64,000 nucleotides of DNA from an uncultured Pelagibacteraceae bacterium. GTDB lineage: Bacteria; Pseudomonadota; Alphaproteobacteria; Pelagibacterales; Pelagibacteraceae. The stretch spans positions 18,780 to 82,779 of the forward strand of contig CACPQC010000001.1 of assembly GCA_902635975.1 (NCBI GenBank), given 5' to 3'. The position numbers and the translations under genes were made by a program. Shown piece by piece: positions 22,440-33,165 of the stretch (within the stretch, counting starts at the first letter, position 1; each line of letters begins with the position of its first letter). A model generated the notes under the pieces. It saw nothing but the letters and a program-made list of their open reading frames with translations, was not told the DNA's origin and did not search any database.

Positions 22440-22821
22440 GACTCTCCATTTTTTTTGCCTCTGTTAAAATTATTGTGACACTAGAATAAGGCTTTAATAT
22501 TGGTGCAGCTCTACCTTTTGCTCTAGGTCGAAATCTTTTCATTGTAATCTTTTTTCCACAGTACGCTTCCTTCACTATTAATTTATCAATATCATATTGA
22601 AAGTTATTTTCAGCATTGGCTACTGCAGAGTCGATAGTTTTTTTTATATCTTTAGTTATTCTTTTTTCAGAAAAATCCAAGTTTCTTCTTACTACTTCAA
22701 CTTTTTTTCCAACAATATCTTTAAGGATTGGATTAAGTTTTCTCACACTAGATCTAATATTATTATTAATAGATCTAACAATTTTCTCTTTGTTTTTATT
22801 AATTCTTTTCTTTTTACTCAT
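22423..22821 (-). CDS. rplV: 50S ribosomal protein L22
   Basis: [17 protein letters not shown]. Confidence 0.97.
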   Translation of the reverse strand: MSKKKRINKNKEKIVRSINNNIRSSVRKLNPILKDIVGKKVEVVRRNLDFSEKRITKDIKKTIDSAVANAENNFQYDIDKLIVKEAYCGKKITMKRFRPRAKGRAAPILKPYSSVTIILTEAKKMESHGSKS

Positions 22822-22823
22822 AA

Positions 22824-23123
22824 TTATTTTTTATCACCTTCCTCTGCTGGTTTCGCTTTTTTATCAGCTGGTGTATGACCAAAAAAACTTCTGGTTGGTG
22901 AAAACTCGCCTAATTTATGGCCAACCATATCTTCTGAAACAGTAATAGGAATGAATTTTTTACCATTATAAATTAAGAAACTTACCCCTACGAAATCTGG
23001 TATAATTGTAGATTTTCTAGACCATGTTTTAATAGGAATTTTTTTTGGATCTGTTTTGTATTTATCTACTTTTTTCATAAGACTTTCCTCTACAAACGGA
23101 CCTTTCCAAACTGCTCTAGCCAT
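22824..23123 (-). CDS. rpsS: 30S ribosomal protein S19
   Basis: [16 protein letters not shown]. Confidence 0.99.
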   Translation of the reverse strand: MARAVWKGPFVEESLMKKVDKYKTDPKKIPIKTWSRKSTIIPDFVGVSFLIYNGKKFIPITVSEDMVGHKLGEFSPTRSFFGHTPADKKAKPAEEGDKK

Positions 23124-23962
23124 TACCTGCTATCCTTCCTCTTATTTCTTCTTTGAACAATAAATTTATCTGTTCTTTTATTATCTCGAGTTTTTAAACC
23201 TTTTGCAGATTGGCCTGTCGGTGAAACTGGATGTCTACCACCAGCAGACTTACCCTCTCCTCCACCGTGCGGGTGATCAACTGGATTTTTTACAACTCCT
23301 CTAGTATGAGGTTTTCTTCCTAACCATCTTGATCTTCCAGCTTTTCCAATTTTGATATTTTTTTGATCTGGATTACTCAAAACCCCAATCGTTGCTAAAG
23401 ATCTTGAGTCAATTTTTCTTACCTCTCCAGAAGCTAATTTAATCAAACTATAATTCCCATCTATTCCACTTATTGTTACTGAGGTACCAGCTGACCTTGC
23501 TATTTTTCCACCTGCTCCTGGTTGAATTTCAACATTGTGAATATCAACACCAACAGGAATATCCTGTAATGGCATACAGTTACCTGTTTTAATTTCTTTT
23601 TTTGTACCATTTTCAATTTTATCACCAACTTTTATTTTTTGTGGTGCCAAATAATAGGCATGAGAATTATCCTCAAATTTTACTAACATTATGTAACATG
23701 ATCTATTTGGATCATATTCTATTCGCTCAACTGAAGCCGTCATGTCAAATTTCTTTCTGTAAAAATCTACATATCTGTACATTTTTTTATGACCTCCAGA
23801 TCTATTTACTGAGGTAATATGACCATTGTTATTTCTACCTTTCATAGCATTTTTTTTAGATACTAAAGATTTAAACGGCTTACCTTTCCATAGGCCTGCT
23901 CTATCAACTAAAATTGTCCCTCTAGTAGATTTTGTATAAGGTTTGAATGTTTTTAATGCCAT
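23123..23962 (-). CDS. rplB: 50S ribosomal protein L2
   Basis: [19 protein letters not shown]. Confidence 0.99.
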   Translation of the reverse strand: MALKTFKPYTKSTRGTILVDRAGLWKGKPFKSLVSKKNAMKGRNNNGHITSVNRSGGHKKMYRYVDFYRKKFDMTASVERIEYDPNRSCYIMLVKFEDNSHAYYLAPQKIKVGDKIENGTKKEIKTGNCMPLQDIPVGVDIHNVEIQPGAGGKIARSAGTSVTISGIDGNYSLIKLASGEVRKIDSRSLATIGVLSNPDQKNIKIGKAGRSRWLGRKPHTRGVVKNPVDHPHGGGEGKSAGGRHPVSPTGQSAKGLKTRDNKRTDKFIVQRRNKRKDSR

Positions 23963-23963
23963 A

Positions 23964-24257
23964 TTAAACTCCAGTTGTAAGATCTATACTTTGACCTTTT
24001 TTAAGTGTCACAATTGCCTTTTTAAATCCAGAAACTTTTACTTTTCTACCTCTGGTTAATTTAATTCTGTTCTTTTTATTAATCATATTAATTTTTGTTA
24101 CATTTACTTTGAATATTTTTTCTATATTGGTCTTCAAATTTTTTTTATTAGCATTAAACGGTACTCTAAACACGATTTTATTTTGCTCTGAAAGATTTGT
24201 GGATTTTTCAGTGACCAGTGGAGACAATATTTTATCAAATAAATGTATTTTATTCAT
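23964..24257 (-). CDS. rplW: 50S ribosomal protein L23
   Basis: PLVTEKS, KKAIVTL; start set to ATG 24257. Confidence 0.96.
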   Translation of the reverse strand: MNKIHLFDKILSPLVTEKSTNLSEQNKIVFRVPFNANKKNLKTNIEKIFKVNVTKINMINKKNRIKLTRGRKVKVSGFKKAIVTLKKGQSIDLTTGV

Positions 24258-24258
24258 C

Positions 24259-24882
24259 TTAAGAATACCTCTTTTCAAGTTCTTTTACTGAACTTTCTGT
24301 AAAAATAACTTTTTTAAATTTAACTAAATCATATGCACTGAAATGATTAATATCAGTAACTTTAATATTAGGAATATTTCTTATTGATTTTTCAATTTTT
24401 TCTTTTGAATTTTTGTCTAATATTATTAATGAATGTGTTATTTCAAATTTTTTAAAAATTAAAAACATTTCTTTTGTTTTTTTAATTTCGGAATTGAAAT
24501 CACTAAATATTAATAAATTCTTATTTTTAACCTTTTCACTAATTAAAGATGCAATGCTTTGTTTTTTTTCACTTTTGTTAAGTTTTCTCTTCTTGTAAGC
24601 CAATTCTCCTTTTGGTCCATGTGCTACTCCACCACCAACAAAAATTGGAGCTTTTTTACTTGCGTGTCGAGCATTACCAGTTCCTTTCTGAGCATAGATT
24701 TTTGATGTAGGCCCCGAAACTTCATTTTGTTGCTTAGTTTTTGCATGACGTTTTTTGTAATTAGCATTCGTTTTGTATAAAACTGCACTGACTAATTTCT
24801 TATTAATCTTGGCAGAAAATACCTTTTCTGTAACTTCAATAGTTCCCTTTTTTCCATCTAATTTTAATGTTTCAACTTTCAT
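24259..24882 (-). CDS. rplD: 50S ribosomal protein L4
   Basis: QKGTGNARH, GGGVAHGP. Confidence 0.98.
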   Translation of the reverse strand: MKVETLKLDGKKGTIEVTEKVFSAKINKKLVSAVLYKTNANYKKRHAKTKQQNEVSGPTSKIYAQKGTGNARHASKKAPIFVGGGVAHGPKGELAYKKRKLNKSEKKQSIASLISEKVKNKNLLIFSDFNSEIKKTKEMFLIFKKFEITHSLIILDKNSKEKIEKSIRNIPNIKVTDINHFSAYDLVKFKKVIFTESSVKELEKRYS

Positions 24883-25592
24883 TATTTTTTCTTTTTATCT
24901 GGGGTTTTTTTTGCTTTTTCAGCTAAATCTATTTTTTCTAAAATTGTTAATTTGTTTATATTTTTTACAGATTTTTTCACAAAAACTTCAGAATTTTTAG
25001 AACCTGGTATTGAACCTTTCAAATATAATAAGGCATTGTCTAAATCTGTTTTTATGATTTCAATATTTTGCATTGTTCTAATTTTGTCACCCATATGACC
25101 AGCCATTTTTTTTCCTTTAAAGACTTTACCTGGATCTTGTCTTTGTCCAGTTGAACCATGGGACCTATGTGAGATTGATACGCCATGTGATGCTCTTAAA
25201 CCACCAAAGTTATGTCTTTTCATCGCACCAGCAAAACCTTTTCCAATAGTTTTAGATTTGGTATCAACAAATTTTACGTCTTGAAAAATTTCAAGACCAA
25301 ACTCATTTCCTTCTTTGTAGTTTTCTATGTTAGATACTCTATACTCCTTTAGTTTTTTTTTAGCTTCTGTATTTTTTTTTGTAAAATAACCTTTCATAGA
25401 TTTTGTAATTTTTGAGTTCTTTGTTTTCCCATACCCAAGTTGAACTGCTTTGTAGCCTCTTTTACTTTCCTCGATAACTTGAATTACTCTGGCTTTTTCC
25501 ATTTTCAAGACTGTAACAGGTACAAGTTGACCTGTTTTATAAAACTCTCTAGTCATACCAATTTTTTTTCCTATTAAAGCTATTTCACTCAT
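24882..25592 (-). CDS. rplC: 50S ribosomal protein L3
   Basis: GKKIGMT, GKGFAG.MKRHNF, KGKKMAGHMG. Confidence 0.99.
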   Translation of the reverse strand: MSEIALIGKKIGMTREFYKTGQLVPVTVLKMEKARVIQVIEESKRGYKAVQLGYGKTKNSKITKSMKGYFTKKNTEAKKKLKEYRVSNIENYKEGNEFGLEIFQDVKFVDTKSKTIGKGFAGAMKRHNFGGLRASHGVSISHRSHGSTGQRQDPGKVFKGKKMAGHMGDKIRTMQNIEIIKTDLDNALLYLKGSIPGSKNSEVFVKKSVKNINKLTILEKIDLAEKAKKTPDKKKK

Positions 25593-25594
25593 AA

Positions 25595-25903
25595 TCAAAT
25601 TTTTATCTCCACATCAACTCCTGAAGCTAAATCTAGTTTCATCAAAGCTTCTACGGTTTGAGGAGTTGGCTCAATTATATCTATTAATCTTTTGTGAGTT
25701 CTAGACTCGAATTGTTCTCTGCTTTTTTTATCTATATGAGGAGACCTTAGCACGGTATATCTCTCTATTCTTGTGGGCAAAGGTATAGGTCCTTTTATTG
25801 TTGCACCAGTTCTTTTAACTGTATTTACAATTTCCTCTGTAGACGCATCCAAAATTTTATTATCGTAAGCCCTAAGTTTAATTCTAATATTTTGTTTTTC
25901 CAT
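25595..25903 (-). CDS. rpsJ: 30S ribosomal protein S10
   Basis: [22 protein letters not shown]; ATG 1 nt after the fusA stop. Confidence 0.99.
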   Translation of the reverse strand: MEKQNIRIKLRAYDNKILDASTEEIVNTVKRTGATIKGPIPLPTRIERYTVLRSPHIDKKSREQFESRTHKRLIDIIEPTPQTVEALMKLDLASGVDVEIKI

Positions 25904-25904
25904 A

Positions 25905-27983
25905 TTAACCTGCAATTTTCTTTGTTACTTCATCTTGAACATTTTGAGGAACTTTAGAATAATGATCAAAAAACATTGAATACTGAGCTCTTCCTTGTGA
26001 CATTGATCTAAGATTGTTTATGTAACCAAACATATTTGCTAAAGGAACCATTGCTGTTATTACGGTAGCATTTCCTCTTTGTTCTTGTGTATTAATCTGA
26101 CCTCTTCTACTATTTAAATCACCAATAACGTCTCCCATATAATCCTCGGGAGTTACTACTTCGACTCTCATTACTGGCTCTAATAATTTTAAGTTACCTT
26201 TAGTACAAGCTTCTTTAAAACAAGCCCGACTAGCTAGTTCGAATGCCAAAACACTTGAGTCAACATCGTGATGAAGTCCATCTAAAATTGTCACTTTGTA
26301 ATCAATCATTGGAAATCCAGCTAAAATACCTCCATCAGACACAGTCTCTATTCCTTTTTCTACGCCAGGTATAAATTCTTTTGGAATAGCTCCACCTTTA
26401 ATTTTACTTTCTACTAACCTTCCAGCACCTGGTTCTTGAGGTTCCACTAGAAGCTTAACTTTGGCAAATTGACCTGCACCACCACTTTGTTTTTTGTGTG
26501 TATATTCTACCTCAGAAGCATTTTCTAATGTTTCTCTATATGCTACCTGTGGGGCTCCAACATTTGCCTCAACTTTAAATTCTCTTTTCATCCGATCCAC
26601 AATAATATCTAAATGAAGCTCACCCATTCCTTTTATGATTGTTTGGCCTGACTCCTCATCAGAAGTTACTCTAAAAGATGGGTCTTCTTTCGCAAGCCTT
26701 CCTAAAGCTTCGCCCATTTTTTCTTGATCGGCTTTTGTTTTTGGCTCGACTGCTATTTCTATAACAGGGTCTGGAAACTCCATTGGTTCAAGTAAAACTG
26801 CATTATCTTCATCACATAATGTATGACCTGTAATTGTATTTTTCAAACCTGCCAAGGCCACAATGTCTCCTGCATTTGCTTCTTTAATATCTTCTCTTGA
26901 GTTTGCGTGCATTAATAACATCCTGCCCACTCTTTCCTCTTTTTCTTTTGAGGAATTATATACTGCTGTTCCAGTTTTAATTGTGCCAGAATAAACCCTT
27001 ATAAATGTTAAAGATCCTACAAAAGGGTCATTAGCAACTTTAAAAGCTAAAGCAGAGAAAGGAACATTATCTTCAAATTTCATTTCTAATTCTTCCTCAT
27101 TACCTAATTTAGTACCCTTAATTGAACCAATATCTAATGGACTTGGTAAATAATTTACAACTGCGTCCAATAATGGCTGCACTCCTTTATTTTTAAAAGC
27201 TGATCCTGTCAAAACTGGAACAAAACTAAAATTTAACGTACCTTTTCTTATACACTTTATTAAATCTTCCTCTTTAATTTCATCACCATTCAAATATGCT
27301 TCCATCAGCTTCTCATCTTGTTCAACAGCTAATTCGACTAATTCAGTTCTATATTTTTGAGTAATTTCTTTTAAATCTTCTGGGATATCTTTATATTCCC
27401 ACTCAGCTCCTAAAGCTTCATTTTTCCAAACTTGTGCTTTCATTTTTACTAAATCTACAACACCTGACAGTGAAGCTTCAATTCCAATTGGAACTTGTAA
27501 AACTAATGGTTTGGCACCTAATCTATCTTTAATCATGTCTACACATCTAAAAAAATCTGCACCTGTTCTATCTAGCTTGTTTACAAAGCAAATTCTTGGT
27601 ACTTTGTATTTATCAGCTTGTCTCCATACTGTTTCGGATTGCGGTTCAACACCCGCAACACCATCAAAAACAGCTATAGCTCCATCTAAAACTTTTAAGG
27701 ATCTTTCAACTTCAATTGTAAAATCTACGTGACCAGGAGTATCTATAATATTTATTCTGTGATCTTGCCAAAAACATGTAGTTGCAGCTGATGTAATAGT
27801 AATTCCTCTCTCTTGCTCTTGCTCCATCCAGTCCATAGTTGCTGCGCCATCATGAACTTCTCCAATTTTATGACTTTTGCCAGTATAATATAAGACACGC
27901 TCAGTAGTAGTTGTTTTACCAGCATCTATGTGTGCCATGATGCCAATATTTCTGTATTTGTCTAATGTATGTGTTCTAGCCAT
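25905..27983 (-). CDS. fusA: Elongation factor G
   Basis: [22 protein letters not shown]. Confidence 0.99.
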   Translation of the reverse strand: MARTHTLDKYRNIGIMAHIDAGKTTTTERVLYYTGKSHKIGEVHDGAATMDWMEQEQERGITITSAATTCFWQDHRINIIDTPGHVDFTIEVERSLKVLDGAIAVFDGVAGVEPQSETVWRQADKYKVPRICFVNKLDRTGADFFRCVDMIKDRLGAKPLVLQVPIGIEASLSGVVDLVKMKAQVWKNEALGAEWEYKDIPEDLKEITQKYRTELVELAVEQDEKLMEAYLNGDEIKEEDLIKCIRKGTLNFSFVPVLTGSAFKNKGVQPLLDAVVNYLPSPLDIGSIKGTKLGNEEELEMKFEDNVPFSALAFKVANDPFVGSLTFIRVYSGTIKTGTAVYNSSKEKEERVGRMLLMHANSREDIKEANAGDIVALAGLKNTITGHTLCDEDNAVLLEPMEFPDPVIEIAVEPKTKADQEKMGEALGRLAKEDPSFRVTSDEESGQTIIKGMGELHLDIIVDRMKREFKVEANVGAPQVAYRETLENASEVEYTHKKQSGGAGQFAKVKLLVEPQEPGAGRLVESKIKGGAIPKEFIPGVEKGIETVSDGGILAGFPMIDYKVTILDGLHHDVDSSVLAFELASRACFKEACTKGNLKLLEPVMRVEVVTPEDYMGDVIGDLNSRRGQINTQEQRGNATVITAMVPLANMFGYINNLRSMSQGRAQYSMFFDHYSKVPQNVQDEVTKKIAG

Positions 27984-27989
27984 AATTTT

Positions 27990-28460
27990 TTACCACCTAA
28001 AATGTGCAAAAGCCTTGTTAGACTCTGCCATTTTATGAACATCCTCTCTTTTTTTCACTGCAGAGCCTTTTTTTTCATATGCATCATAAAGCTCATTAAA
28101 AATTTTATCTGACATGTGTTTGTCTTTCCTTTTTCTTGCAGAGTCCACTAGCCATCTAATTGCTAATGCTTGAGCTCTTTTACTTTTTACTTCAACTGGT
28201 ACTTGATAAGTAGCACCACCGACTCTTCTAGATCTTACTTCAACAGTAGGTTTTATGTTATTTATTGCCTCATTAAATATATTTATAGGTTCATCTTTTG
28301 TTTTAGTTTTAATCTTTTCAATCGCATCATATACAATTTTTTCAGCAATACCTCTTTTGCCATCATACATTATGTTATTTATTAATTTTGGGATAATTGT
28401 TGATTTAAACTTAGGATCAGGAACAATATTTTTCTTAGGTTGAGTTTTTTTTCTAGACAT
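27990..28460 (-). CDS. rpsG: 30S ribosomal protein S7
   Basis: RRVGGATYQVP, AFAHFRW. Confidence 0.99.
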   Translation of the reverse strand: MSRKKTQPKKNIVPDPKFKSTIIPKLINNIMYDGKRGIAEKIVYDAIEKIKTKTKDEPINIFNEAINNIKPTVEVRSRRVGGATYQVPVEVKSKRAQALAIRWLVDSARKRKDKHMSDKIFNELYDAYEKKGSAVKKREDVHKMAESNKAFAHFRW

Positions 28461-28462
28461 TT

Positions 28463-28834
28463 TTATTTACCTTTTTTTGTTCCGTAAAGAGATCTTCTTT
28501 TTTTTCTATTAGCGACTCCTTGGGTGTCTAAATTACCCCTTAAGATGTGGTACCTAACTCCAGGCAAATCTTTAACTCGACCACCTCTAATCAGCACAAC
28601 AGAATGTTCTTGTAAGTTATGACCTTCTCCAGGAATGTAAGCTGTAACCTCAAAACCATTGGATAAACGCACTCTTGCAACTTTTCTTAGAGCTGAATTA
28701 GGTTTTTTAGGAGTCGTTGTATAAACCTTGACACAAACACCTCTTTTTAAAGGTTGTTTTTGTAGAGCAGGAACTTTATTCCTGTTTATTTGTTTAACTC
28801 TTTTTTTTCTTAACAACTGGTTAATTGTTGGCAT
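28463..28834 (-). CDS. rpsL: 30S ribosomal protein S12
   Basis: [25 protein letters not shown]. Confidence 0.99.
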   Translation of the reverse strand: MPTINQLLRKKRVKQINRNKVPALQKQPLKRGVCVKVYTTTPKKPNSALRKVARVRLSNGFEVTAYIPGEGHNLQEHSVVLIRGGRVKDLPGVRYHILRGNLDTQGVANRKKRRSLYGTKKGK

Positions 28835-28849
28835 AATATTTTTTCAATT

Positions 28850-28935
28850 AATTACAATTTTTGAGTGAAATAACTGACAGGTTATTTGTGGCAGCGTTTA
28901 GTACCATAAAGTACTACATTCCAACCAAAAACATG
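28850..28935 (-). ncRNA. Structured rpsL 5' leader (putative ribosomal-protein autoregulatory RNA)
   Basis: Two perfect hairpins, AAATAAC-N6-GTTATTT (28868-28887) and TAGTAC-N6-GTACTA (28899-28916); an rpsL leader motif has been described in Pelagibacter; ends approximate. Confidence 0.55.
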
Positions 28936-28938
28936 GCC

Positions 28939-28966
28939 AAATTACTTATTAATCAGTTTTTGTCAA
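28939..28966 (-). promoter_or_regulatory. Putative sigma70 promoter of the str/S10/spc transcript
   Basis: TTGACA-N16-TAATTT on the minus strand upstream of the rpsL leader. Confidence 0.5.
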
Positions 28967-28995
28967 ACTAAAACTACTGATTTTAGCTGTTTTTT

Positions 28996-31900
28996 TTATT
29001 GATTTGCTTGAGAATCTGCAGGTTCAATTTTTTCCTGCTCTGATAAAAATTTATTATCATCATCGATAGCCTTTTTATTCCAATTATTCTTGATATTACC
29101 TGTCCCCGCAGGTACCAGTCTACCAACTATAACATTTTCTTTCAGGCCGTTTAATGGATCTATTTTCCCCTTTATCGCTGCATCCGTTAAAACCCTAGTG
29201 GTTTCTTGGAATGAAGCTGCCGAAATAAATGACTCGGTTTGTAAAGAGGCCTTAGTAATTCCCATTAACACTCTTTCTGCTGTTGCCTGAGTTTTACCTT
29301 CAGATTTTAATTTTTCGTTATTAGTATCAAATCTAATTCTATCAACTATTTCACCAGGTAAATAACTTGAGTCTCCTGTCGTTTTTACCTCAACTTTTTT
29401 TAACATCTGTCTTAAAATTGTTTCAATATGTTTATCATTTATAATGACTCCTTGTAATCTGTAAACTTCTTGAACCTGATTAACAAAGTACTCTGTCAAA
29501 TCTTTAATACCCATAATACGCAAAATATCATGTGGTAATGGTTGTCCATCTAGAAGATACTCACCTTTTTTGATCGTTTCTCCTTGGTTAAAATTTATAT
29601 GTTTACCTTTAGGAATTAAATAATTTGATGGTTCGGCTCCGTCAGTTGGAACAATTGAAACCCTTTGTTTTCCCCTAACTTCTTTTCCAAAAACTACTTG
29701 CCCATCATTTTCTGCAATTATAGCACTATCTTTAGCTTTTCTCGCCTCAAATAGTTCTGCTACCCTTGGTAACCCACCCGTAATATCTTTTGTTTTAGTC
29801 GTCTCTTTAGGTAGCCGAGCTATTACGTCTCCAGCTGAAACTTTTTGCCCATCTTTAACAGATAAAATTGAGTCTGGAACTAAATAGTATCTTGCTTCAT
29901 TATCGTCAGCTTTTTTGATTACATTGCCTTTTTCATCTCTCAAAGTTATTCTAGGTTTTAAATCAGAACTTTTTGACTGTGATCTCCAATCAACAACTGA
30001 TTTGGAAGAAATTCCTGTCGCATCATCAGTTGTTTCTTGTATTGAAATCCCATCAATTAAATCCACAAAGCCTGCTATACCACTTTTTTCAGCAATAACT
30101 GGTGTTGTGTAAGGATCCCATTCACAAATTTTTGTATTAGCTTTTATTTTATCACCATTATTAAAAAATAATCTTGAACCATAAGCTACTTTATAAACAG
30201 CAATCTGAACTCCATTATCATCCTCTATTGAAAGTTGAGTGTTTCTTCCCATGACAATCAAATTTTTCTTAGAGTCTTCTAAAATATTCGAGTTAATAAT
30301 TTTTAGAATACCCTCTCCTTTACTTATAATTTGAGAGTCCTGTTTTACTGATGCTGTTCCACCTACGTGAAATGTTCTCATTGTCAATTGGGTACCAGGT
30401 TCACCAATTGATTGAGCAGAAATCATTCCGATAGCTTCGCCAACATGAACCATTTGTCCTCTGGACAAATCTCTTCCATATGAGGTGGCACAAACACCCT
30501 CTTTAGATCCACAAGTCATAACAGAATAAACTTTGACAGATTTTATTCCAGCAGCATCAATCTTATCACATCCAGCTTCATCGATCATTGTTGATTTTTT
30601 AATTATAACTTCACCAGTGATAGGATGTTTCACTTCATTAAAAGTAACTCTTCCTAAAGCTCTTTCTGATAAACTTACTACAACATTACCACCTTCTAAA
30701 ATTTCTGAAAGTTCAATAAACCCTGGATTTTTACAATCACATTCTTTTTTAGTAACAGTTAAATCTTGAGCGACATCGCAAAGCCTTCTTGTTAAATAAC
30801 CTGAACTAGCGGTTTTTAAAGCTGTATCTGCTAATCCTTTTCTAGCTCCATGAGTAGAGTTAAAATATTCTAGAGCAGTTAATCCCTCTTTAAAATTTGA
30901 AGTAATCGGACTTTCAATAATTTCTCCTGATGGTTTAGCAATCAAACCTCTCATTCCTGCTAATTGTTTCATCTGTGCCGCAGAGCCTCTAGCACCGCTA
31001 TCAGCCATCATAAATACTGAGTTTATCTTGAGGCCATCGGATGTCTTCTCTGTTGCTGAAATACCTTTCATCATTTCTGAAGCTACCTGATCAGTACATT
31101 TTGACCATGCATCTACAACTTTATTGTATTTTTCTCCTCTTGTTATAAGTCCCTCGGAATATTGAGTTTCGTAGTCGGCTATGAGTTTTTTTGTATCATC
31201 AATAAGTTTGTTTTTACTCTCTGGAATAACTAAATCATCTTTTCCGAAAGAAATTCCTGCTTTAAACGCATGCTTAAAACCTAAATCTTTGAGTTTATCA
31301 CAAAATATTACAGTTGTTTTTTGACCACAAAATCTAAAAACAATATCTATAATTTCTGAGACAGTTTTCTTGGGAAGTAGTCTATCTATTAATGAAAATT
31401 TAATATTAAAATTTTTTGGTAATAAATTTGCTAATAAGAATCTACCAGCAGTAGATGTATATTTTTCAAATTTTGTTTTGCCATTATTATCAACTGTTTC
31501 AAATCTTGAGATTATAGTACTGTGAACTTTAATTTGGCCTGAAGATAAAGCAAACTCAATTTGATCAGCATCTAGAAAGTATCCCATTGGTTTATCAGTG
31601 AGAGGTTCTTGTGATAGATAATAAATTCCTAAGATCATATCCTGACTTGGCACAATTATTGGTTTACCATTTGATGGAGATAAAATATTATTTGTTGATA
31701 GCATCAATATTCTAGCTTCTAACTGTGCTTCTAGACTTAAAGGAACATGAACCGCCATTTGATCACCATCAAAGTCAGCATTAAATGCTGCGCAGGTTAA
31801 AGGATGTAGTTCAATCGCATCACCCTCAATTAATTTTGGTTCAAATGCCTGAACTCCAAGTCTATGAAGTGTGGGCGCTCTGTTCAATAACACCGGATGT

Positions 31901-33165
31901 TCTCTTACAATCAATTCTAAAGCATCCCAAACAGCATTAGTCTCTTTTTCTACGAGTTTTTTGGCCTGTTTAATCGTTGAAGCTAATCCTAATTTGTTAA
32001 GCCTTGCATATAAAAAAGGTTTAAATAATTCTAATGCCATTTTTTTTGGCAACCCACATTCATGTAATTTAAGATCTGGACCAACGACGATTACAGATCG
32101 ACCAGAATAATCAACTCTTTTTCCTAATAAATTTTGTCTAAATCTTCCCTGTTTTCCTTTTAACATCTCAGCTAAGGATTTTAAGGGTCTCTTTCCAGTT
32201 CCAGTTATTACTCTTCCACGTCTTCCATTATCAAACAATGCATCAACTGACTCTTGGAGCATACGCTTTTCATTTCTTACAATAATATCTGGAGCCTTAA
32301 GATCCATTAATCTTTTTAGACGATTGTTTCTATTAATTACTCTTCTATACAGGTCGTTAAGATCTGATGTAGCGAACCTTCCACCATCAAGTGGAACTAA
32401 AGGTCTTAATTCAGGAGGAATTACCGGCACAACAGTCATAATCATCCATTCTGGCTTTTGTCCAGTTTCAATAAATGACTCAATTAATTTTAATCTTTTA
32501 ATTGCTCTTTCCTCGTTAACTTTTGATTTTGTTTCTTTAATATAACTTACTAAGTTTTTACGTTCTAATTCTAGATCTAGAGATTTTAGCATTTCTAAAA
32601 CTGCTTCTGCTCCAATGCCTGCTGAGAATGCTTCTTCTCCAAATTCATCTTGATATTTAGCAAGCTCTTCCTCATTTAAAAGTTGATTCTTCTTCAAACC
32701 AGTTAATCCTGGTTCAATCACAATAAAATTTTCAAAATATAAAACTCTTTCAACCTCTTTTAGCTTCATATCAACAGCTAAGGCTATTCTACTAGGTAAT
32801 GATTTTAGAAACCAAATATGAGCAACTGGTGTTGCTAAATTAATATGACCCATTCTTTCTCTTCTCACATTAGACTTAGTGACTTCGACACCACATTTTT
32901 CACATATAATTCCTCTAAACTTCATTCTTTTATACTTACCACAAAGACATTCATAATCTTTGATTGGACCAAATATTCTTGAACAAAATAGACCATCTTT
33001 CTCTGGTCTAAAAGTTCTGTAATTAATTGTTTCTGGTTTTTTTATTTCTCCATAGGTCCATGATTTTATTTTTTCAGGACTTGCTAAAGATATTTTAATA
33101 CTATTAAAATTTTGTGCTTCTGAAATTTCAGAATTTTTAAATAAATCTGTTAATTCTTTTTTCAT
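28996..33165 (-). CDS. rpoC: RNA polymerase beta' subunit
   Basis: NADFDGDQM catalytic motif; N-terminal Zn finger. Confidence 0.99.
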   Translation of the reverse strand: MKKELTDLFKNSEISEAQNFNSIKISLASPEKIKSWTYGEIKKPETINYRTFRPEKDGLFCSRIFGPIKDYECLCGKYKRMKFRGIICEKCGVEVTKSNVRRERMGHINLATPVAHIWFLKSLPSRIALAVDMKLKEVERVLYFENFIVIEPGLTGLKKNQLLNEEELAKYQDEFGEEAFSAGIGAEAVLEMLKSLDLELERKNLVSYIKETKSKVNEERAIKRLKLIESFIETGQKPEWMIMTVVPVIPPELRPLVPLDGGRFATSDLNDLYRRVINRNNRLKRLMDLKAPDIIVRNEKRMLQESVDALFDNGRRGRVITGTGKRPLKSLAEMLKGKQGRFRQNLLGKRVDYSGRSVIVVGPDLKLHECGLPKKMALELFKPFLYARLNKLGLASTIKQAKKLVEKETNAVWDALELIVREHPVLLNRAPTLHRLGVQAFEPKLIEGDAIELHPLTCAAFNADFDGDQMAVHVPLSLEAQLEARILMLSTNNILSPSNGKPIIVPSQDMILGIYYLSQEPLTDKPMGYFLDADQIEFALSSGQIKVHSTIISRFETVDNNGKTKFEKYTSTAGRFLLANLLPKNFNIKFSLIDRLLPKKTVSEIIDIVFRFCGQKTTVIFCDKLKDLGFKHAFKAGISFGKDDLVIPESKNKLIDDTKKLIADYETQYSEGLITRGEKYNKVVDAWSKCTDQVASEMMKGISATEKTSDGLKINSVFMMADSGARGSAAQMKQLAGMRGLIAKPSGEIIESPITSNFKEGLTALEYFNSTHGARKGLADTALKTASSGYLTRRLCDVAQDLTVTKKECDCKNPGFIELSEILEGGNVVVSLSERALGRVTFNEVKHPITGEVIIKKSTMIDEAGCDKIDAAGIKSVKVYSVMTCGSKEGVCATSYGRDLSRGQMVHVGEAIGMISAQSIGEPGTQLTMRTFHVGGTASVKQDSQIISKGEGILKIINSNILEDSKKNLIVMGRNTQLSIEDDNGVQIAVYKVAYGSRLFFNNGDKIKANTKICEWDPYTTPVIAEKSGIAGFVDLIDGISIQETTDDATGISSKSVVDWRSQSKSSDLKPRITLRDEKGNVIKKADDNEARYYLVPDSILSVKDGQKVSAGDVIARLPKETTKTKDITGGLPRVAELFEARKAKDSAIIAENDGQVVFGKEVRGKQRVSIVPTDGAEPSNYLIPKGKHINFNQGETIKKGEYLLDGQPLPHDILRIMGIKDLTEYFVNQVQEVYRLQGVIINDKHIETILRQMLKKVEVKTTGDSSYLPGEIVDRIRFDTNNEKLKSEGKTQATAERVLMGITKASLQTESFISAASFQETTRVLTDAAIKGKIDPLNGLKENVIVGRLVPAGTGNIKNNWNKKAIDDDNKFLSEQEKIEPADSQANQ

